Below are positions 62,412 to 64,000 of a stretch of 64,000 bases of DNA, piece after piece. How positions within the stretch are numbered: position 1 is the stretch's first letter; every line of letters begins with the position of its first letter. The translations under genes were made by a program, and so were the position numbers. Origin of the DNA: Azolla caroliniana (lineage: Eukaryota > Plantae > Polypodiophyta); contig JBHGNT010000008.1 of NCBI GenBank assembly GCA_043228905.1, positions 6,200,001-6,264,000 of the forward strand, written 5' to 3'. The notes under the pieces were generated by a model. It saw only the letters and a program-made list of their open reading frames with translations. It was not told where the DNA came from and did not search any database.

Positions 62412-63873
62412 TGTCATGATATGGCAAGACTCGAACCCATAAGCTTAGGTTATATGGGTCAAGCTCTTGACCATTAGACCATCTGTTGTAATACGTAGGA
62501 TATTATTTTCATTTACATTTTATTATAGGAAATTAGTGTATATTCCAGATTTCTCTGGAACATTCTAGAAGCTTCAAGATTACTCCTGAAAACACTATAA
62601 AAGAGGGCACTAGGCATTATGTTGAACCAAATTGGTTCAACGCCAGTCTTAAGCCTTGTAGCCACCATTGTATATTCTCTTCATATAATACATATCTTTC
62701 TTATCATCACTCTCTCTCTCTCTCTCGATCTCTCTCTTTCTCTCCATCTTGCTCACTCCTTCCTTCTCTCGAAGAAGTTCTACACCTCTCATAGTACTAA
62801 TCCTTTGTTTAGTACTAATTCCTTCTCTATCTCAGTACTGTTCCTGACAGTTTGAACCAATTTTCCTACCTTCTATCTCTCTCATTTCCTACTAATCTCT
62901 TATTCCTCTTTTCTTTCATCCCATGGCCACTGTTAGCGCTGAAGAATATCAATCTGTTTTCTCGGAATTTCAATGCTTGGAAGAGAAGTTCCATGCTTTG
63001 GAACAAGAAAACCAATGGTTGCTGGGAGATCTTCAACAAATCTCCTTAGAAAAGTAGCAAACGCAACAACAGCATGGGGAACTTGCGTTACGCGTGCAAC
63101 AATTCGAAGCAACCATCGTAATGATGCAACAACAAGGGCTCGGAACACAAGGGATTCATAAAGAACCCAAGATTGGCCTTCCCACGAAGTTCGATGGAAC
63201 GCGATCGCAGTTTAGAGGGTTCCTTAACCAGGTACGATTAGTTATCCAAATGCATCCTTCCCGATATCCCACCGATGCATCACGAGTGGGTTTAGTAGGC
63301 ACTTTGTTAAGTGGCTCAGCGTTGTCATGGTTCGCTCCACTATTAGAAAAGGAATCTCCGTTACTCAACAATTCTGAAGAGTTTCTAGGTGAGTTTAAAG
63401 CATGTTTCGCAGGTACTGACAGCATCAGGACCGCAATTAACAAAATTCGGCGATTACGCCAAGGTGACTGTCCAGCCTCCACATACGCTGCAGATTTTCG
63501 CCTACTCGTCACCGATATCCCTTGGGATGATCAAGCGTTGATGGAGCAATTCCGTTATGGTTTACGCAACGACGTCAAGGATTTACTCTTGACCTTCCCC
63601 GAAGAGCCAAAGTCCTTAACAGAAGCAATCAGTCGCGCGGTGAGATGTGACAACCGCCTCTTTGAGCGACGTTCGGAAAGACAGCTACAGATGCCGAGGC
63701 CAAGATCAGAGCCCACCTACGCCTCAGTGGTAGCAAGACCTTTTCCGAGGGAGTCATATAATGTGCCTCCAGCGAATACTCCGAATCCAATGGAGATTGG
63801 CACTACACGTCGTCGAGGGCCATTATTCGAAGAAGAAAAGCAGTGACGCCGTACAAATCGACTATGTCTTTAC
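62412..63873 (+). mobile_element. Gypsy-B2: second Tcn1-like chromovirus copy; 5' LTR plus gag; interrupted in the zinc knuckle
   Basis: LTR 62412-62849 homologous to 22078-22503; gag from 62923, ORF 63094-63846. Confidence 0.93.
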
Positions 63874-64000
63874 CAAGGTTGTTAGGTACGGTACATATAC
63901 CATACGTATTTAACGTATTAATACCCGTATAGTACCTCCCAATTTAAAAATACGTTAAATACGTTTTCTTAATATGTTAAATACTTATAAATACGTAAAA
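63874..64000. mobile_element. Start of another insertion, possibly a hAT-type non-autonomous element
   Basis: Gag breaks after LCLY; new sequence begins CAAGGTTGTTAGG with repeated ATACG motifs; the other end is outside the window. Confidence 0.45.

Overview
Plant nuclear DNA, probably from a seed-free land plant (inference from the Tcn1-type chromovirus and Phygy/Athila-like elements). The first ~4.1 kb holds the only host gene: a minus-strand, intron-containing PIF-family bHLH gene with clean GT-AG junctions, a 17-aa repeat expansion and no recognisable APB core. From 6.8 kb to the end the window is a deeply nested transposon cluster: eight Ty1/copia copies of three families, five Ty3/gypsy copies, an unclassified element with two unknown ORFs, a LINE relic and two probable hAT-type elements. 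LTRs, PBS, PPT and TSDs were resolved by eye. All retroelements carry nonsense mutations, frameshifts or deletions. Most notable observations: (1) antisense tRNA-like Pol III A/B-box cassettes at the U3 start of the LTRs of two unrelated gypsy families; (2) a ~3.3-kb element segment with two unknown, ATGA-overlapping ORFs; (3) a copia family with a duplicated PPT and a conserved Pol tail beyond RNase H; (4) a chromovirus combining a perfect heat-shock element, self-priming and a -1 frameshift stem-loop; (5) apparent nesting up to nine layers deep.
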